A stretch of 42,198 nt of DNA, taken from a virus (taxonomy: Duplodnaviria; Caudoviricetes). The notes beneath the pieces were generated by a model. It searched no databases. It had not been told where the DNA came from and saw only the letters and a list, made by a program, of their open reading frames with translations. The stretch lies in IMG/VR virus record IMGVR_UViG_3300048578_000205, positions 1-42,198 of that record; one strand, written 5' to 3'. The position numbers and the translations under genes were made by a program. Below, piece after piece: positions 9,465-19,256 of the stretch (its first letter is position 1; every line of letters begins with the position of its first letter).

Positions 9465-10136
9465 TCAGCGCACGACGATGCCGACAGCGCGAAGCTCGGC
9501 CCACTTGGCGGATTTCTTGGCGTCGTCATCGACGCTCGCGTCGTAATAGAGGCCGTGTCGATTGACCTCGGCGTGCCGAGCGATGGCGACAGCCGACACA
9601 TCGGCGCTGGTGGCATCGGCATCACCAACCAGCACCGCAACGGCGACGTCGGAGCCGTCGGTTGCCGTCACCGGGGAAGCGACAAACTTGTTGCTGGCCG
9701 CAGCCTGGGTCACGGTGATGTCGAATGCGTCACCCGCCACGAAGTCGGCGGCGCCGTCGGCGATCGTGAACTTGACGGGTCCGGCAAAGGGCGACCCGAC
9801 GGCCGCTTCTCCGACCTCGACGCCGTCGGGGGCCTCGACCCGGAACGAGCCGCCGTTCTCCGCTGTGGCGTTGCACACCACGGTGTAGGTGCCGGGTTTG
9901 ACGCCGGTCCCGGTCTTCGGCGTGCCGAGGGTCATTGCTCCATTACCGGTATTGCCGGCGCGGGCGGCGGCGGCGGCGGCGTATGCGCCGTCGGCCACCC
10001 GTTTCCCGAGAACCGTTCCGGGAAGCAGTCGGCCCGCGCCGGAAGCAATCACGACAATGTCGCGGGACAGCCGACCCTCGTCATCTTCCGACAGGATGAA
10101 GTTGCCGGGATGGGGGGTCTCATTGAGGACGGTCAT
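9465..10136 (-). CDS. Head decoration protein (lambda gpD-like) with internal beta-domain insertion
   Basis: ETPHPGNFILSE...LSRD...GTVLGK, DGSDVAVAVL, ARHAEVN and GIVVR motifs; GGGAG RBS before ATG 10136. Confidence 0.85.
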   Translation of the reverse strand: MTVLNETPHPGNFILSEDDEGRLSRDIVVIASGAGRLLPGTVLGKRVADGAYAAAAAARAGNTGNGAMTLGTPKTGTGVKPGTYTVVCNATAENGGSFRVEAPDGVEVGEAAVGSPFAGPVKFTIADGAADFVAGDAFDITVTQAAASNKFVASPVTATDGSDVAVAVLVGDADATSADVSAVAIARHAEVNRHGLYYDASVDDDAKKSAKWAELRAVGIVVR

Positions 10137-10203
10137 ATAGGTCTCCCGTTCGCCCGAGCGGTCCCCCGCGGGCGTTGTCTGGCTCAAAACGAATTGATGG
10201 GAC

Positions 10204-10653
10204 TCAGGTGTGCGACGCGCGCGATACCGCAGCCCGGCGTCGGGCATAGATGTCTTCGGTGCTGATCAACCGCACCGGCATGTCGGCCCGGTCGTCGCCG
10301 GCGCCGAGCTTCGGCTGCGCTTCCCGCAGCATGACTTCATCGAGGCCGCCCTTGGCGGCGGGCGACTTGGCAAGCGCCGAAAGCACGACATCGGTCGGAA
10401 AGTCGGTCTCGAAAGCGAAGTACTGGGCGAGGTTCTCCCGTCCCTTGGCACTTTCGCTCATGAGGATCGACTTGATCCGCTCGCGTTCAGAAATACTACC
10501 CTGACGCGCGCCATCCATCACGCCGGTTGAGCGAGCCTCTCCCAGTTGGATAGCGATATCATTGCCGGTCTCGACCGGTGTTGCCTGATCGCGTGCGGCC
10601 ATGGCGGCAGTCTCGGCCACCTCACCGGCGGCCGCGAGGATAACGTCTCGCAT
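10204..10653 (-). CDS. Capsid scaffolding-like protein (Nu3 equivalent)
   Basis: Ala/Glu-rich, ERERIKSIL..AKGRE.LA motif; lies between protease and decoration genes; AAGGAG RBS. Confidence 0.65.
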   Translation of the reverse strand: MRDVILAAAGEVAETAAMAARDQATPVETGNDIAIQLGEARSTGVMDGARQGSISERERIKSILMSESAKGRENLAQYFAFETDFPTDVVLSALAKSPAAKGGLDEVMLREAQPKLGAGDDRADMPVRLISTEDIYARRRAAVSRASHT

Positions 10654-10663
10654 TTCTGTCTCC

Positions 10664-11593
10664 TTAGAGGGCCGTACGGCCCCGGTTGATGACCTTCAGG
10701 AAGCCGTCGAAGGCTTCGAGGGCATGGCCCGTGGCGTCAGCGAGCCCGAGCGCGACTGCATCCCGACCGCGATAGTCCTGCGCCTCGGTCGCGAGCGCGG
10801 CTTCAGCGTTGAACCTGCTGCCGCGGTAGCGTCCGACACTCGCCGCGAAGGTCTGCCGCGCCGCTTCCAGGTCACCGACGATGCGCTGCGCGACGTCGTC
10901 ACCGAGGGCCTCGAACGGATTGCCGGCCATTTTGTGGGCGCCGGCGCGCAGAACCGTGACCCGGACCCCTTGCTGGTCGAGAGCCTTCGACCAGTCCGTG
11001 TGCAACGTCACGACCCCGATCGATCCGGCGCGACCGTGCTCTGGCATGATGATCTGCCGCGCCGCTGACGCGAGCAGGTAGCCGGCCGACAAGGCATGAT
11101 CCGTGAGAATCGCGAGCGTCGGCTTTTCCGCAGAGAGTCGGCCGATCATGTCCGCGGTCTCAAAGGCGCCGGCGAGTTCGCCGCCGAAACTGTCGACCTC
11201 GAATACCGCGGCCTTGATCGCTGGGTTGCGCATGGCGCGCATCACCTGCGCCTGCAGGCCTTCGTACGACGTGCGCCCGGACATGGCGCCCACATAGGCA
11301 CCCTTGTGGACGAGCGTCCCCTCGACCGGTATCAGGGCGACGCCCTCGACCACATCGAATGGTTGGGCGCTGTTGGCGTCATATCGTCGGCCGGTGCGAT
11401 CGCCGACACGTCCGGCCGACGGCCGCCCGTTCTGGAAGGCGACGTGTTCGATGATCTCGCCGGCGCCATTGATGACAACCCCGCCCTCGACGATCCGACC
11501 CCCGATGCCGGTAAGCGCAGCGTCGAGCTTGCCCGGGTGCATCAACAGCGGCGTGTTGAAGACCCGAGCGGCAAGTTCCGGACGCAGGATCAT
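10664..11593 (-). CDS. S49 family prohead protease (lambda gpC-like)
   Basis: DSFGGE, ALSAGYLLASAA and GSIGVV motifs of S49 peptidases. Confidence 0.92.
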   Translation of the reverse strand: MILRPELAARVFNTPLLMHPGKLDAALTGIGGRIVEGGVVINGAGEIIEHVAFQNGRPSAGRVGDRTGRRYDANSAQPFDVVEGVALIPVEGTLVHKGAYVGAMSGRTSYEGLQAQVMRAMRNPAIKAAVFEVDSFGGELAGAFETADMIGRLSAEKPTLAILTDHALSAGYLLASAARQIIMPEHGRAGSIGVVTLHTDWSKALDQQGVRVTVLRAGAHKMAGNPFEALGDDVAQRIVGDLEAARQTFAASVGRYRGSRFNAEAALATEAQDYRGRDAVALGLADATGHALEAFDGFLKVINRGRTAL

Positions 11594-13194
11594 GCGACCT
11601 TGTCCCGTTTTGCCGGCCGCGGATCCTCGTCATCCTCGGACGGTGTCGATTTGCGTTCGGAGTTCGCGTCCGGATCAAGTCCGAGCGCGATCATTTCTTT
11701 GCGCTCCCGCGCCCGCTGCTGGATCGTCTCAAGGTAGTCCTCGCCCTGTTCGGCGCATTCACGCTCCAGGGTCGATAGGCCTGCCGCCAGGCGCTCGGCC
11801 GCTGCAGTCGCCTCCTTGTGGGGATCGACCCAACCACGGCCGGGCCCGATCCACTTGGCCGAGCAATACGCCGCTTTGGCCTGCGCGAAGTCGGGCGCTC
11901 CCTTGGGTAATGTGATGGTTCCGCGGTCGATCGCTTCCTCGAGCCAGCCGGCATAGATCGGCGCCATGAACTGTTGGGCGAAATGCTCCTTGCGGGCGGT
12001 AAATCCGCGCCAGACCTCGAGCAGCGCGGCGCGGGCCGAGGAATAGTTGACCTGGCCCCAGTCCATCGACAACTGCTCGTAGGTCATACCCATGGCGGCA
12101 GCGACATTGCGCAGGCTGGCGCGCTCGAACGCCTCGAACACGCTGTTCGGGTGGTTTGGCTTGGTCAGCGTCACCTTTTCGCCGGGAAACGTGAATGCGA
12201 TCTTGGCGCCGCCGACATTGATGGGCGCCGCCTGGTAGTAGTCGAGCCGCTGCTGCTGGTAGGCGGACAATTCCTCGCCGCCGCCGAGCGCGGAGGCAAA
12301 CTGGTCATGATCGAACGGGCTTTCGACGAACGCTGCCATCACGGCATTGAGCACCGCGGCCTGCAGTTCCGCCTCGTCGTAGCGGCCGAGCATGCGCAGC
12401 CGTTTGACGATCGGCGCCAGCACCGAGACCCCACGGTACTGACCGGAGCGACCGGGCTCGAAAGCGTGCACCACCATGCGGCGGCCGAAGCTGGTCTCGC
12501 GAGGGATCCGCTCCCAGGTCCAGAACATGGGGTTGAACACATTCTGGTCGCCGGGATGAGATCGCCGAATGTGATAGGCGAGCGGTTCGCCATGATCGCC
12601 GAGTTCAATCCCCTGCCGGCGCCAATAGGTATCGACCGCATTGTAGGGGTTTGACAGTCGGTCCGGATCGATGACCTGGATGGCGGTTGCGTACCGGCCG
12701 CCGCGCGGCAGCCACAGGATGGCGGCGAGCGCCTCTCCGTCCATCAACCGGTGCCGAAATGCGAGTGCCAGCAACCCACCCATGCTGTGGCGCCGACCGG
12801 CATCGCACCAGCAGTCTGGATCCTCGGCATAATCCTTCCACGCCGCTTCGATGTCCGACGCCAAGTCCGATGCAACGTCCGGATCGATCCCGAGGGAACG
12901 TGCGTTCGGCTTCGACGACAGACGCCAGCCGGCGCCGATGACGGCGTCGACCTGGCGGGTGACGCCGCCCGACGCCCAGCCGTCGTTGCGGGCGAGATCA
13001 TGGATTCGTGCCGCCAGCACCGGACGGTCCGGCGACAGTGCTGTCTGCGCCGACCACAGGGGCGGCCGCCACAGGGCAAGGTCAGGATCGGTGACTGACG
13101 CGCCGGCGTAGCCGGCGGCAAGCATGCGCGCTGCTGAACGCGGCACGGCTGGAGGCCTCACCGGGTTGCCGTCGGGGCCCAACAAATTCGCCAT
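11590..13194 (-). CDS. Phage portal protein, lambda family
   Basis: DLARNDGWA, QYRGVS.LAP, VNYSSARAALLE, GPGRGWVDP.KE motifs. Confidence 0.96.
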   Translation of the reverse strand: MANLLGPDGNPVRPPAVPRSAARMLAAGYAGASVTDPDLALWRPPLWSAQTALSPDRPVLAARIHDLARNDGWASGGVTRQVDAVIGAGWRLSSKPNARSLGIDPDVASDLASDIEAAWKDYAEDPDCWCDAGRRHSMGGLLALAFRHRLMDGEALAAILWLPRGGRYATAIQVIDPDRLSNPYNAVDTYWRRQGIELGDHGEPLAYHIRRSHPGDQNVFNPMFWTWERIPRETSFGRRMVVHAFEPGRSGQYRGVSVLAPIVKRLRMLGRYDEAELQAAVLNAVMAAFVESPFDHDQFASALGGGEELSAYQQQRLDYYQAAPINVGGAKIAFTFPGEKVTLTKPNHPNSVFEAFERASLRNVAAAMGMTYEQLSMDWGQVNYSSARAALLEVWRGFTARKEHFAQQFMAPIYAGWLEEAIDRGTITLPKGAPDFAQAKAAYCSAKWIGPGRGWVDPHKEATAAAERLAAGLSTLERECAEQGEDYLETIQQRARERKEMIALGLDPDANSERKSTPSEDDEDPRPAKRDKVA

Positions 13195-13421
13195 TAGAAG
13201 TTCACCCGGCGGGCGGAGCCTCGGCCTGCAAGGCCCAGTCTGCCGCGGAGTTCAGCGATGTAGCCGCGCAGCACGCCGACATTTTGCGCGTTCCATTCCA
13301 TAATCTTGTCGCCGTGACGCATCTTGGCGATGCCGCCGTTGACAATGATCGAATGCAGGGCGGTTTCCGCCTCGGCGAGTTGGGCCCGCCAGAGGGCGAT
13401 TTCGTCGGGCGAAGACATCAC
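13194..13421 (-). CDS. Head completion protein gpW-like
   Basis: 75 aa, LAEAETALH...LRGYIAEL; lies between terminase and portal as in lambda. Confidence 0.8.
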   Translation of the reverse strand: MMSSPDEIALWRAQLAEAETALHSIIVNGGIAKMRHGDKIMEWNAQNVGVLRGYIAELRGRLGLAGRGSARRVNF

Positions 13422-15454
13422 CGCCCCATGTTCAGCCGCGCCATGGCGGCGACGCTGGATGTTGCCTTCGGCTGCGGCACGCTGTCGGTTTCCTGTAGCC
13501 TGATCTTCGGCCTCGGGTGTCGCGGCTGGGCCGTATCAGAGATGCGCTGCACACCCAGCATGTAGGCGGCCGCATAGGCCATCGCCTCGCAGTCGAGGAA
13601 ATGGTTCTCCCGCGAGCGCTGGACCCACATCGAACCGCCGGACGGCTTCTTGACCCGACCCTCAGAGACGATCTGCCGGCAATAGGCCTCGGTCACATCG
13701 CTCGGCAGGTGCCAACCGCCCGGCTGGTCATCCGGCCAACGCACCCGCTCGTGCACCCAGGACTTGAAAAAATCGCTGTCGAGGCGAACCAGGTCGAGGC
13801 CGTATTTGGCGGCTTTGCCCTTCGGCGTCACGTCGATGCGCTTGACCGACAGTGGCTGGTCACGATGGTCGAACCCCTTCACCGCATAGGCGACACGGGC
13901 GTGGCGGCGGCAGAACTCGTAGACCCTGTGCTCCGGAACGTCATCCTTCTTGCCCGGCCGAAACCCTGAGTCGATGAAGGCGCGGCGGATCAGGAGATCT
14001 CCGATTGGACGCGCCAGCATTTCGGCGAGATCGGTCCACACATCCGCATGCTCGGTCTCGCCCCACAATTCGGCCTGCTCGATCAACCAGCTTTCCTGCC
14101 GCACCCCCCAGCCGCGGATCACGTAGACGAGCCGGTTCTTCTGCACATCGACGCCCACGGTCAGCAACAGGACACCGGACGGGATGTCGCGTGATTGATA
14201 CGGCAGCTTGAGCCGGGCGACATCAGCCCATTCCGGTGCGTCACCGCCGGCCGGCGCCCACAGTTCGCCGAACCCGCCATTGATGACGGTCTGAACCTCC
14301 TCCTGGTCGCCGGAATTGACCGCCTCGACATAGCGGCCGGCCCGCTCACCGAACGGCACAAACGGTGAGGCAAGGCCCGAGACCCAGAAGCTGACGGTGG
14401 TGCTCGCCGGCGGATCGCCCAGGACACGGCCGTCGGGTTCGATCCGCTGCCCAGGCGCCACGTAGGCGCCCTGGGCGTTCATCTCGAACTTGTGCTTCTC
14501 CTCGATGACACCGCCGCAGAGTGGGCATTGCAGGAAAGCGAACCGGCGGGCTTCGATCGGCGTCGCATCCCGTTCGATACGCTCCGTCCCGCCCTTCGGT
14601 GTGATGTCGATCTTCGGGATGACCAGACATTTAAACCGCGGGACGAAATAGTCCGCACAATGCGGGCATGGCCAAGCCCAGTGATACCGCGTCCCCCGCT
14701 GCCAGAGCTTCCAGATCGGGCTGTCGAGACCGGAAATGTCGTCCTGATCGACGACCTTCCAGAATTCCAGTCCGGTTGCCTCGTCTTTCTCGATTTCGAC
14801 CGTCCCCTCGGTCGGCGTCGATGTAACCCCGAGGGTAAAGTCCGCGTGCGTGTCGCCCCGGACCTCCAGCAACCGAACCGGGTCGCCTTCACCCTTGATG
14901 TTCTTGGCCATGCCGTCGCGCTCATCGACGATGGCCAGGCCGGCCGGGTCGGACTTGAGCTGGTTGGCCGAGCCCGCCCAGGCGAGCCGGACTGGCACGC
15001 CGGAGACGATCTTGCGGGTCTTCTTGTTCTTCTTGCCCCGCGCCAGCTTGATCGACAGGCTTGCCGAACGGTTAAGTGCGTCGTCGAACCGTGGTTCGAA
15101 CTGGTCGGTGACGAAGTTGCGGTCCGGGCCGGCATAGATGATCGGCACCGGTCGCTGGTCAAGCCGCGACAGGATCACATCGATGACACTATCGGTTTTG
15201 CCCATTTGACCGCCACAGACGAAGGCAACCGTGTTGTAGCTCGGGTCTTCGAATGCGCGCATGAACGGGATCATGTAGGGCGTCAGCGCGGGGTCCTTCG
15301 GGCCAGGCCGGCCCGACGACAACGGGTAGACCCGATTCTCCCGAGCCCATTGATCAGTCGGAATCTTCCTCGTCGGGCGCAGGATCCGCGTGGCCCGATC
15401 GATAAGAACCGCGAAGTTTTTCGATGCGGTCGGCCACCTCGGTGAGCGCGTCAT
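13418..15454 (-). CDS. Terminase large subunit (lambda gpA family); start uncertain
   Basis: Walker A GGQMGKT, Walker B IVDERD, STPT, GVDVQ, IDSG and NHFLDC motifs. Confidence 0.95.
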   Translation of the reverse strand: MTRSPRWPTASKNFAVLIDRATRILRPTRKIPTDQWARENRVYPLSSGRPGPKDPALTPYMIPFMRAFEDPSYNTVAFVCGGQMGKTDSVIDVILSRLDQRPVPIIYAGPDRNFVTDQFEPRFDDALNRSASLSIKLARGKKNKKTRKIVSGVPVRLAWAGSANQLKSDPAGLAIVDERDGMAKNIKGEGDPVRLLEVRGDTHADFTLGVTSTPTEGTVEIEKDEATGLEFWKVVDQDDISGLDSPIWKLWQRGTRYHWAWPCPHCADYFVPRFKCLVIPKIDITPKGGTERIERDATPIEARRFAFLQCPLCGGVIEEKHKFEMNAQGAYVAPGQRIEPDGRVLGDPPASTTVSFWVSGLASPFVPFGERAGRYVEAVNSGDQEEVQTVINGGFGELWAPAGGDAPEWADVARLKLPYQSRDIPSGVLLLTVGVDVQKNRLVYVIRGWGVRQESWLIEQAELWGETEHADVWTDLAEMLARPIGDLLIRRAFIDSGFRPGKKDDVPEHRVYEFCRRHARVAYAVKGFDHRDQPLSVKRIDVTPKGKAAKYGLDLVRLDSDFFKSWVHERVRWPDDQPGGWHLPSDVTEAYCRQIVSEGRVKKPSGGSMWVQRSRENHFLDCEAMAYAAAYMLGVQRISDTAQPRHPRPKIRLQETDSVPQPKATSSVAAMARLNMGR

Positions 15455-15878
15455 CCACTTCTCGCTGCAACAGCGCCCGCTCACCGATGTTGCGGGTCAC
15501 GCGCGCGGGAATCGCGTTCACGCGGGCCACAACGGCGCCGGCGACCTCGTCGACCAGCGTCATGGCCTCCGCCAACGGGACCAGTTCGCGCTCGGCCTGC
15601 GCGACCGCCAGTTCCTCCTTCCGCGTGCGAATGTCCTGCAGCCGGCTGTGGGACGCCGTCTTGCTCGACCGCCGTGCCTCGTCCTTGAGAAATCGAATGT
15701 AACCCTGGACGACGTCGACGACGCGGTAGCGGCCGCGATCAGTTTTGGCGATCCAGCCGTCCTTCGACAGTCGCCGGATCCACTCCGGCGTCACCATCAG
15801 GAGCTTGGCGGCGACATCGACGGCGATCGTACCGGCGGCGTCATGGGCTCCCGAATTTACAACAACTCGCGCCATCAC
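15354..15878 (-). CDS. Terminase small subunit (Nu1-like HTH plus coiled coil)
   Basis: AAKLLMVTPEWIRRLSKDGWI wHTH, then coiled coil; overlaps the 5' end of the large subunit. Confidence 0.85.
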   Translation of the reverse strand: MMARVVVNSGAHDAAGTIAVDVAAKLLMVTPEWIRRLSKDGWIAKTDRGRYRVVDVVQGYIRFLKDEARRSSKTASHSRLQDIRTRKEELAVAQAERELVPLAEAMTLVDEVAGAVVARVNAIPARVTRNIGERALLQREVDDALTEVADRIEKLRGSYRSGHADPAPDEEDSD

Positions 15879-15991
15879 CTCGGATCACTTTATGCTCGGC
15901 GTTCCGTCATTATCGCAATCAAATGATCTGATTATCTGCTTGGCTTTGAACGAGCGTGAAGCGTGAATGCGGTGACCGAACGGAGACCGCC

Positions 15992-16213
15992 ATGCGCAAA
16001 AGCCCCGACAATCGCGCCGCCCTCGACGCCTTCATCGCCCGCAAAGCCGAGATCGACACCATGCTCGCCCGGCTCCAGGCCTTGAGCGACGAGCATTTTG
16101 GTTACGCGCCAGACGACATCAACTGGGGCCACGTCGGCACGCTGGTGCACTACGCTGAACTGCTCAAGCACATCACGGATGCCGCCTTCAAGGAAGGCGA
16201 GAACGCCGCATAG
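15992..16213 (+). CDS. Conserved small phage hypothetical protein
   Basis: GGAG RBS; ALDAFIARKAEIDTMLARLQALSDEHF...INWGHVG. Confidence 0.8.
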   Translation: MRKSPDNRAALDAFIARKAEIDTMLARLQALSDEHFGYAPDDINWGHVGTLVHYAELLKHITDAAFKEGENAA

Positions 16214-16317
16214 ACGCCGACGCCTCCCACGCCTCGCCCCGCATAATCCAATCGCGGGGCTCGGGGCAGTAGCGGGGGCGCGATGGTCGTGGCCCCGGTT
16301 ACCCACGGAGCAACATC

Positions 16318-16896
16318 ATGGCGCAACTCTCAGACTCTCAACTCGTCGTCCTCACCGCCGCCTGCCAGCGTGCCGACCGCTGCGTGTTTCCGGTCACCGC
16401 TAAACTGAAGGGCAATGCCGCGGGCAACGTTCTCAAGAGCCTCCTGAACAAGGGCTTGATCAAGGAAATTCGCGCCAAGCGCGACGACACGGCTTGGCGG
16501 CACGACGGACAGCGCGGCCGGATGACGCTCGTGGTGACCAAGGCTGCATTTGCGGCGCTGGGCATCGACCCCCGTGAGGCAGCGGCGGAAGCTGAGCCAG
16601 ATGAAGCGGAAACGTCCTCTGCCGAACCCGAGCCAGAAGCTGTTCCTGAGCCGGTCACTCCCAAGACAAAAGAGCCCAAGGCTCAACAGGTCCGCGACGG
16701 CAGCAAGCAGGCCAAGCTCATCGAGATGCTGCGGCGTGCGAAGGGCGCGACCATCGAAGAGATCGCCGAGACGTTTTCATGGCAGCACCACACCGTGCGC
16801 GGCGCCATCGCCGGCGCGCTGAAGAAGAAGCTCGGGCTCAACGTCACCTCGGAGAAGGACGAGCGGCGAGGACGGATCTACAAAATCAGCGCATAA
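16318..16896 (+). CDS. DUF3489-type wHTH protein
   Basis: LSDSQLVVL N-terminus; C-terminal SKQAKLIEMLRRAKGATIEEI...WQHHTVRGAIAG. Confidence 0.88.
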   Translation: MAQLSDSQLVVLTAACQRADRCVFPVTAKLKGNAAGNVLKSLLNKGLIKEIRAKRDDTAWRHDGQRGRMTLVVTKAAFAALGIDPREAAAEAEPDEAETSSAEPEPEAVPEPVTPKTKEPKAQQVRDGSKQAKLIEMLRRAKGATIEEIAETFSWQHHTVRGAIAGALKKKLGLNVTSEKDERRGRIYKISA

Positions 16897-17160
16897 TCAC
16901 TGCTGCGCGGCTGGCACGCTGGAACCCGTCATCATTGGCGGGTTCTCTTCTTGTCGATTCGTGTTGAACAATCGCCGCAATGCATAACTCCGCGCCAACG
17001 ACACGGCAGTGAAAATGATTCCCAGCCAGATATTCTGTGCGAAGCTCGCGTGCAGCCCGAACAACGGGAAGACCAGCACTTGCGTGAGCACGGCGACCCC
17101 GAAGCCAACAACGACATTCGCGATCGACTCCAGAAGCGACATGATTCTTGACTGCATCAC
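16897..17160 (-). CDS. Small two-TM membrane protein commonly following phage methyltransferases
   Basis: QSRIMSLLESIANVVVG...VSLARSYALRRLF; coupled to the methylase stop. Confidence 0.8.
   Translation of the reverse strand: MMQSRIMSLLESIANVVVGFGVAVLTQVLVFPLFGLHASFAQNIWLGIIFTAVSLARSYALRRLFNTNRQEENPPMMTGSSVPAAQQ
16922..16952 (+). terminator. Probable intrinsic terminator after the DUF3489 gene
   Basis: GAACCCGTCA-tcat-TGGCGGGTTC stem followed by TCTTCTT. Confidence 0.55.
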
Positions 17161-18428
17161 GCGGCCACCTTCCCGGCCTTGATCTCGTCAAAGCATCGGC
17201 CGTCGCCGTCGAGCGTCGCCGCGCGTTCAGATTGTCCCTGCCAGCGCTGGACGATGACGTCGACGTATTTTGGGTCGAGCTCGATCAGACGCGCGCGTCG
17301 TCCCGACTGCTCAGCGGCAATCAGGGTTGTACCGGACCCGCCGAACGGGTCGAGCACGATACCCCGGCTTTTGGACGAGTTGCGGATCGCGCGCTCGACC
17401 AGTGCCACCGGCTTCATCGTTGGATGCAGATCGTTCTTGTGCGGCTTGTCGAAGAACCAGACGTCGCCCTGGTCGCGAGCGCCGCACCAGTAATGATCGG
17501 TGCCGTCCTTCCAGCCATACAGGATCGGTTCGTACTGGCGCTGATAATCCGACCGCCCGAGCGTGAAGGTGTTCTTGGCCCAGATCACGAATGTCGACCA
17601 CTTGCCACCAGCCTCGCGGAACGCCTTCTGGAGGCAATCAAGTTCCGAGGACGACATGCAGATGTAGACTGCTCCCTTGGTGACCAGCAGGATGTTGACG
17701 CAGGCGTCGTAGAGCAGCGTGCCGAAGTCGTCGCCCAATGCATCGTTCAGGATCGGCCGGTTCTTGCCGCGCAGCTTGTCCTTGGCCGAGTTGGCATAGT
17801 TCACGTTGTACGGTGGATCCGTGAAGGTCATATCGGCAAGCTCGCCGTCCAGAACCTTCTCGACGTCAGCCAACACCGTGGCGTTTCCGCATAGCACCCG
17901 ATGCTCGCCGCAGATCCAGAGATCGCCGGAGCGGCTGATGGGATCGGCCGGCGGCTCAGGAGCCTCGTCAGGGTCGCCATCAAGATCAGCGCCGGTCAGC
18001 AGCAATTTGTCCAGTTCGTCCTGGTCGAAGCCGGTCAGCTTCAAATCGAATCCGGCGGCCTGGAGGTCACCAAGCTCGAGCCGCAGCAGCTCGTCATTCC
18101 AGTCGCTTGCTTCCGTCAGCCGGTTGTCCGCGATGGCATAGGCTTGGCACTGCGCCTCGGACCAGCCGTGGGCGACAATGGTCGGCACCTCGGCGATGCC
18201 TTCGAGCCTGGCGGCTTCGAGCCGGCCATGCCCGGCGATCAGCATGCCGTTTTCGCGCACCAGCACCGGCATGGTCCAGCCGAACTCCCGCAGCGACGCC
18301 CGGATCTGCTCGATCTGCTCGGGCCCATGGACGCGGGCATTGCGCGGGTTCGCCGTGAGCCGTTCGATGGCCCAGATTTCGACCTTGGCGGCCGGCCACG
18401 AGGCTGAGGGTTTGGCGTGCGAATTCAT
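17157..18428 (-). CDS. ParB-like N-domain + N6/N4 DNA methyltransferase
   Basis: ParBc NPRNAR..AGHGRL..ADNRL; DPPY, HPTMKPV and VLDPFGGSGTT motifs; ATG 18428 chosen. Confidence 0.93.
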   Translation of the reverse strand: MNSHAKPSASWPAAKVEIWAIERLTANPRNARVHGPEQIEQIRASLREFGWTMPVLVRENGMLIAGHGRLEAARLEGIAEVPTIVAHGWSEAQCQAYAIADNRLTEASDWNDELLRLELGDLQAAGFDLKLTGFDQDELDKLLLTGADLDGDPDEAPEPPADPISRSGDLWICGEHRVLCGNATVLADVEKVLDGELADMTFTDPPYNVNYANSAKDKLRGKNRPILNDALGDDFGTLLYDACVNILLVTKGAVYICMSSSELDCLQKAFREAGGKWSTFVIWAKNTFTLGRSDYQRQYEPILYGWKDGTDHYWCGARDQGDVWFFDKPHKNDLHPTMKPVALVERAIRNSSKSRGIVLDPFGGSGTTLIAAEQSGRRARLIELDPKYVDVIVQRWQGQSERAATLDGDGRCFDEIKAGKVAA

Positions 18429-18506
18429 CGGTTTTCCGGGCTTTTTTGCTTGTTGAAACCCAACCAAACTGAGGTTTTTCGATTTGGAAAAACGCGCGTT
18501 TATCGG

Positions 18507-18548
18507 GCGGCGGCGCCCCCGCTCCCTAACCCCTTGAAGGAAGGACCC
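18507..18548 (-). other. Lambda-like cos site: cosQ (GGGTCCT, 18542-18548) and predicted cosN 12-mer GGGCGCCGCCGC (18507-18518)
   Basis: Minus strand GGGTCCT-N23-GGGCGCCGCCGC matches lambda GGGTCCT-N23-GGGCGGCGACCT; gpA-family terminase downstream. Confidence 0.75.
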
Positions 18549-18683
18549 TTTTCGGCTTTGCTGCGCCGCACACTTGGGCGCCGGTGCGTTACTGTCCGAC
18601 GGTTGGCCGAACGGGCGGGCGCGGCGACGGCCCACGTACGGCCGCCTGTCGCGGTCGTCCCATGCGCGGTCCCTCGCAGCACG

Positions 18684-19214
18684 TCAGCGCGGCAGCATGC
18701 GTGCGATCTCGTGGCCGATGCGCGCGACGATGTTGGCGACGCTGGCCTGCCACGCGGCTGCGCTCGTATCCTTCACCAACTCGCGCGCGACGTTAGGCCC
18801 ATAGACGCCACGGATCGGCAGCCGCTGCTTGGACCGCCGCAGGAACACGCGTCCAAACCTCGGCACGATGAACGAGTGCGCGAAGATACGTCGCTTGTTC
18901 CACGGCGCCGCCGACACGCCCTTGCCGCGCTGCACACCGCCGAACCAGGCGATGTTTGTTTCCCCACCGCGCGCCTTGAGCCGGTAGGTCAGCGTCGCCG
19001 ACGTCGAGTGGATCGTCGCCATCGCCTTGTCGATCGCGCCGTACTTGATCCCCGTCTGCTTGACGAGCGTCCGCTTGACCTGCGTGCGGCCTTTGTCACA
19101 TTCATGGTTCAACGCACGCGACATTGCAGTGCGGGCTTGCTTGTCGCCGAGAGCGGCGAGCTGATTGCCGTAGCGAGCCAGGACTTGATCGCGGGCGCTG
19201 ATGATCAAATGCAT
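18684..19214 (-). CDS. Minor tail protein Z-like (lambda gpZ-like) basic protein
   Basis: AMSRALN..., ...HSFI..., RLPIRGVYGPNV motifs; first gene after the putative late promoter. Confidence 0.65.
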   Translation of the reverse strand: MHLIISARDQVLARYGNQLAALGDKQARTAMSRALNHECDKGRTQVKRTLVKQTGIKYGAIDKAMATIHSTSATLTYRLKARGGETNIAWFGGVQRGKGVSAAPWNKRRIFAHSFIVPRFGRVFLRRSKQRLPIRGVYGPNVARELVKDTSAAAWQASVANIVARIGHEIARMLPR

Positions 19215-19256
19215 GTTGGGGTTCGTGCCGCGCGCGACTCTCGCGAGCTTGACGGC

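Noticed and set aside
15354-15484. Overlap of small and large terminase genes as a frameshift or pseudogene
   Set aside because: Both frames are intact with full motifs; such overlaps are ordinary for Nu1/gpA-type pairs
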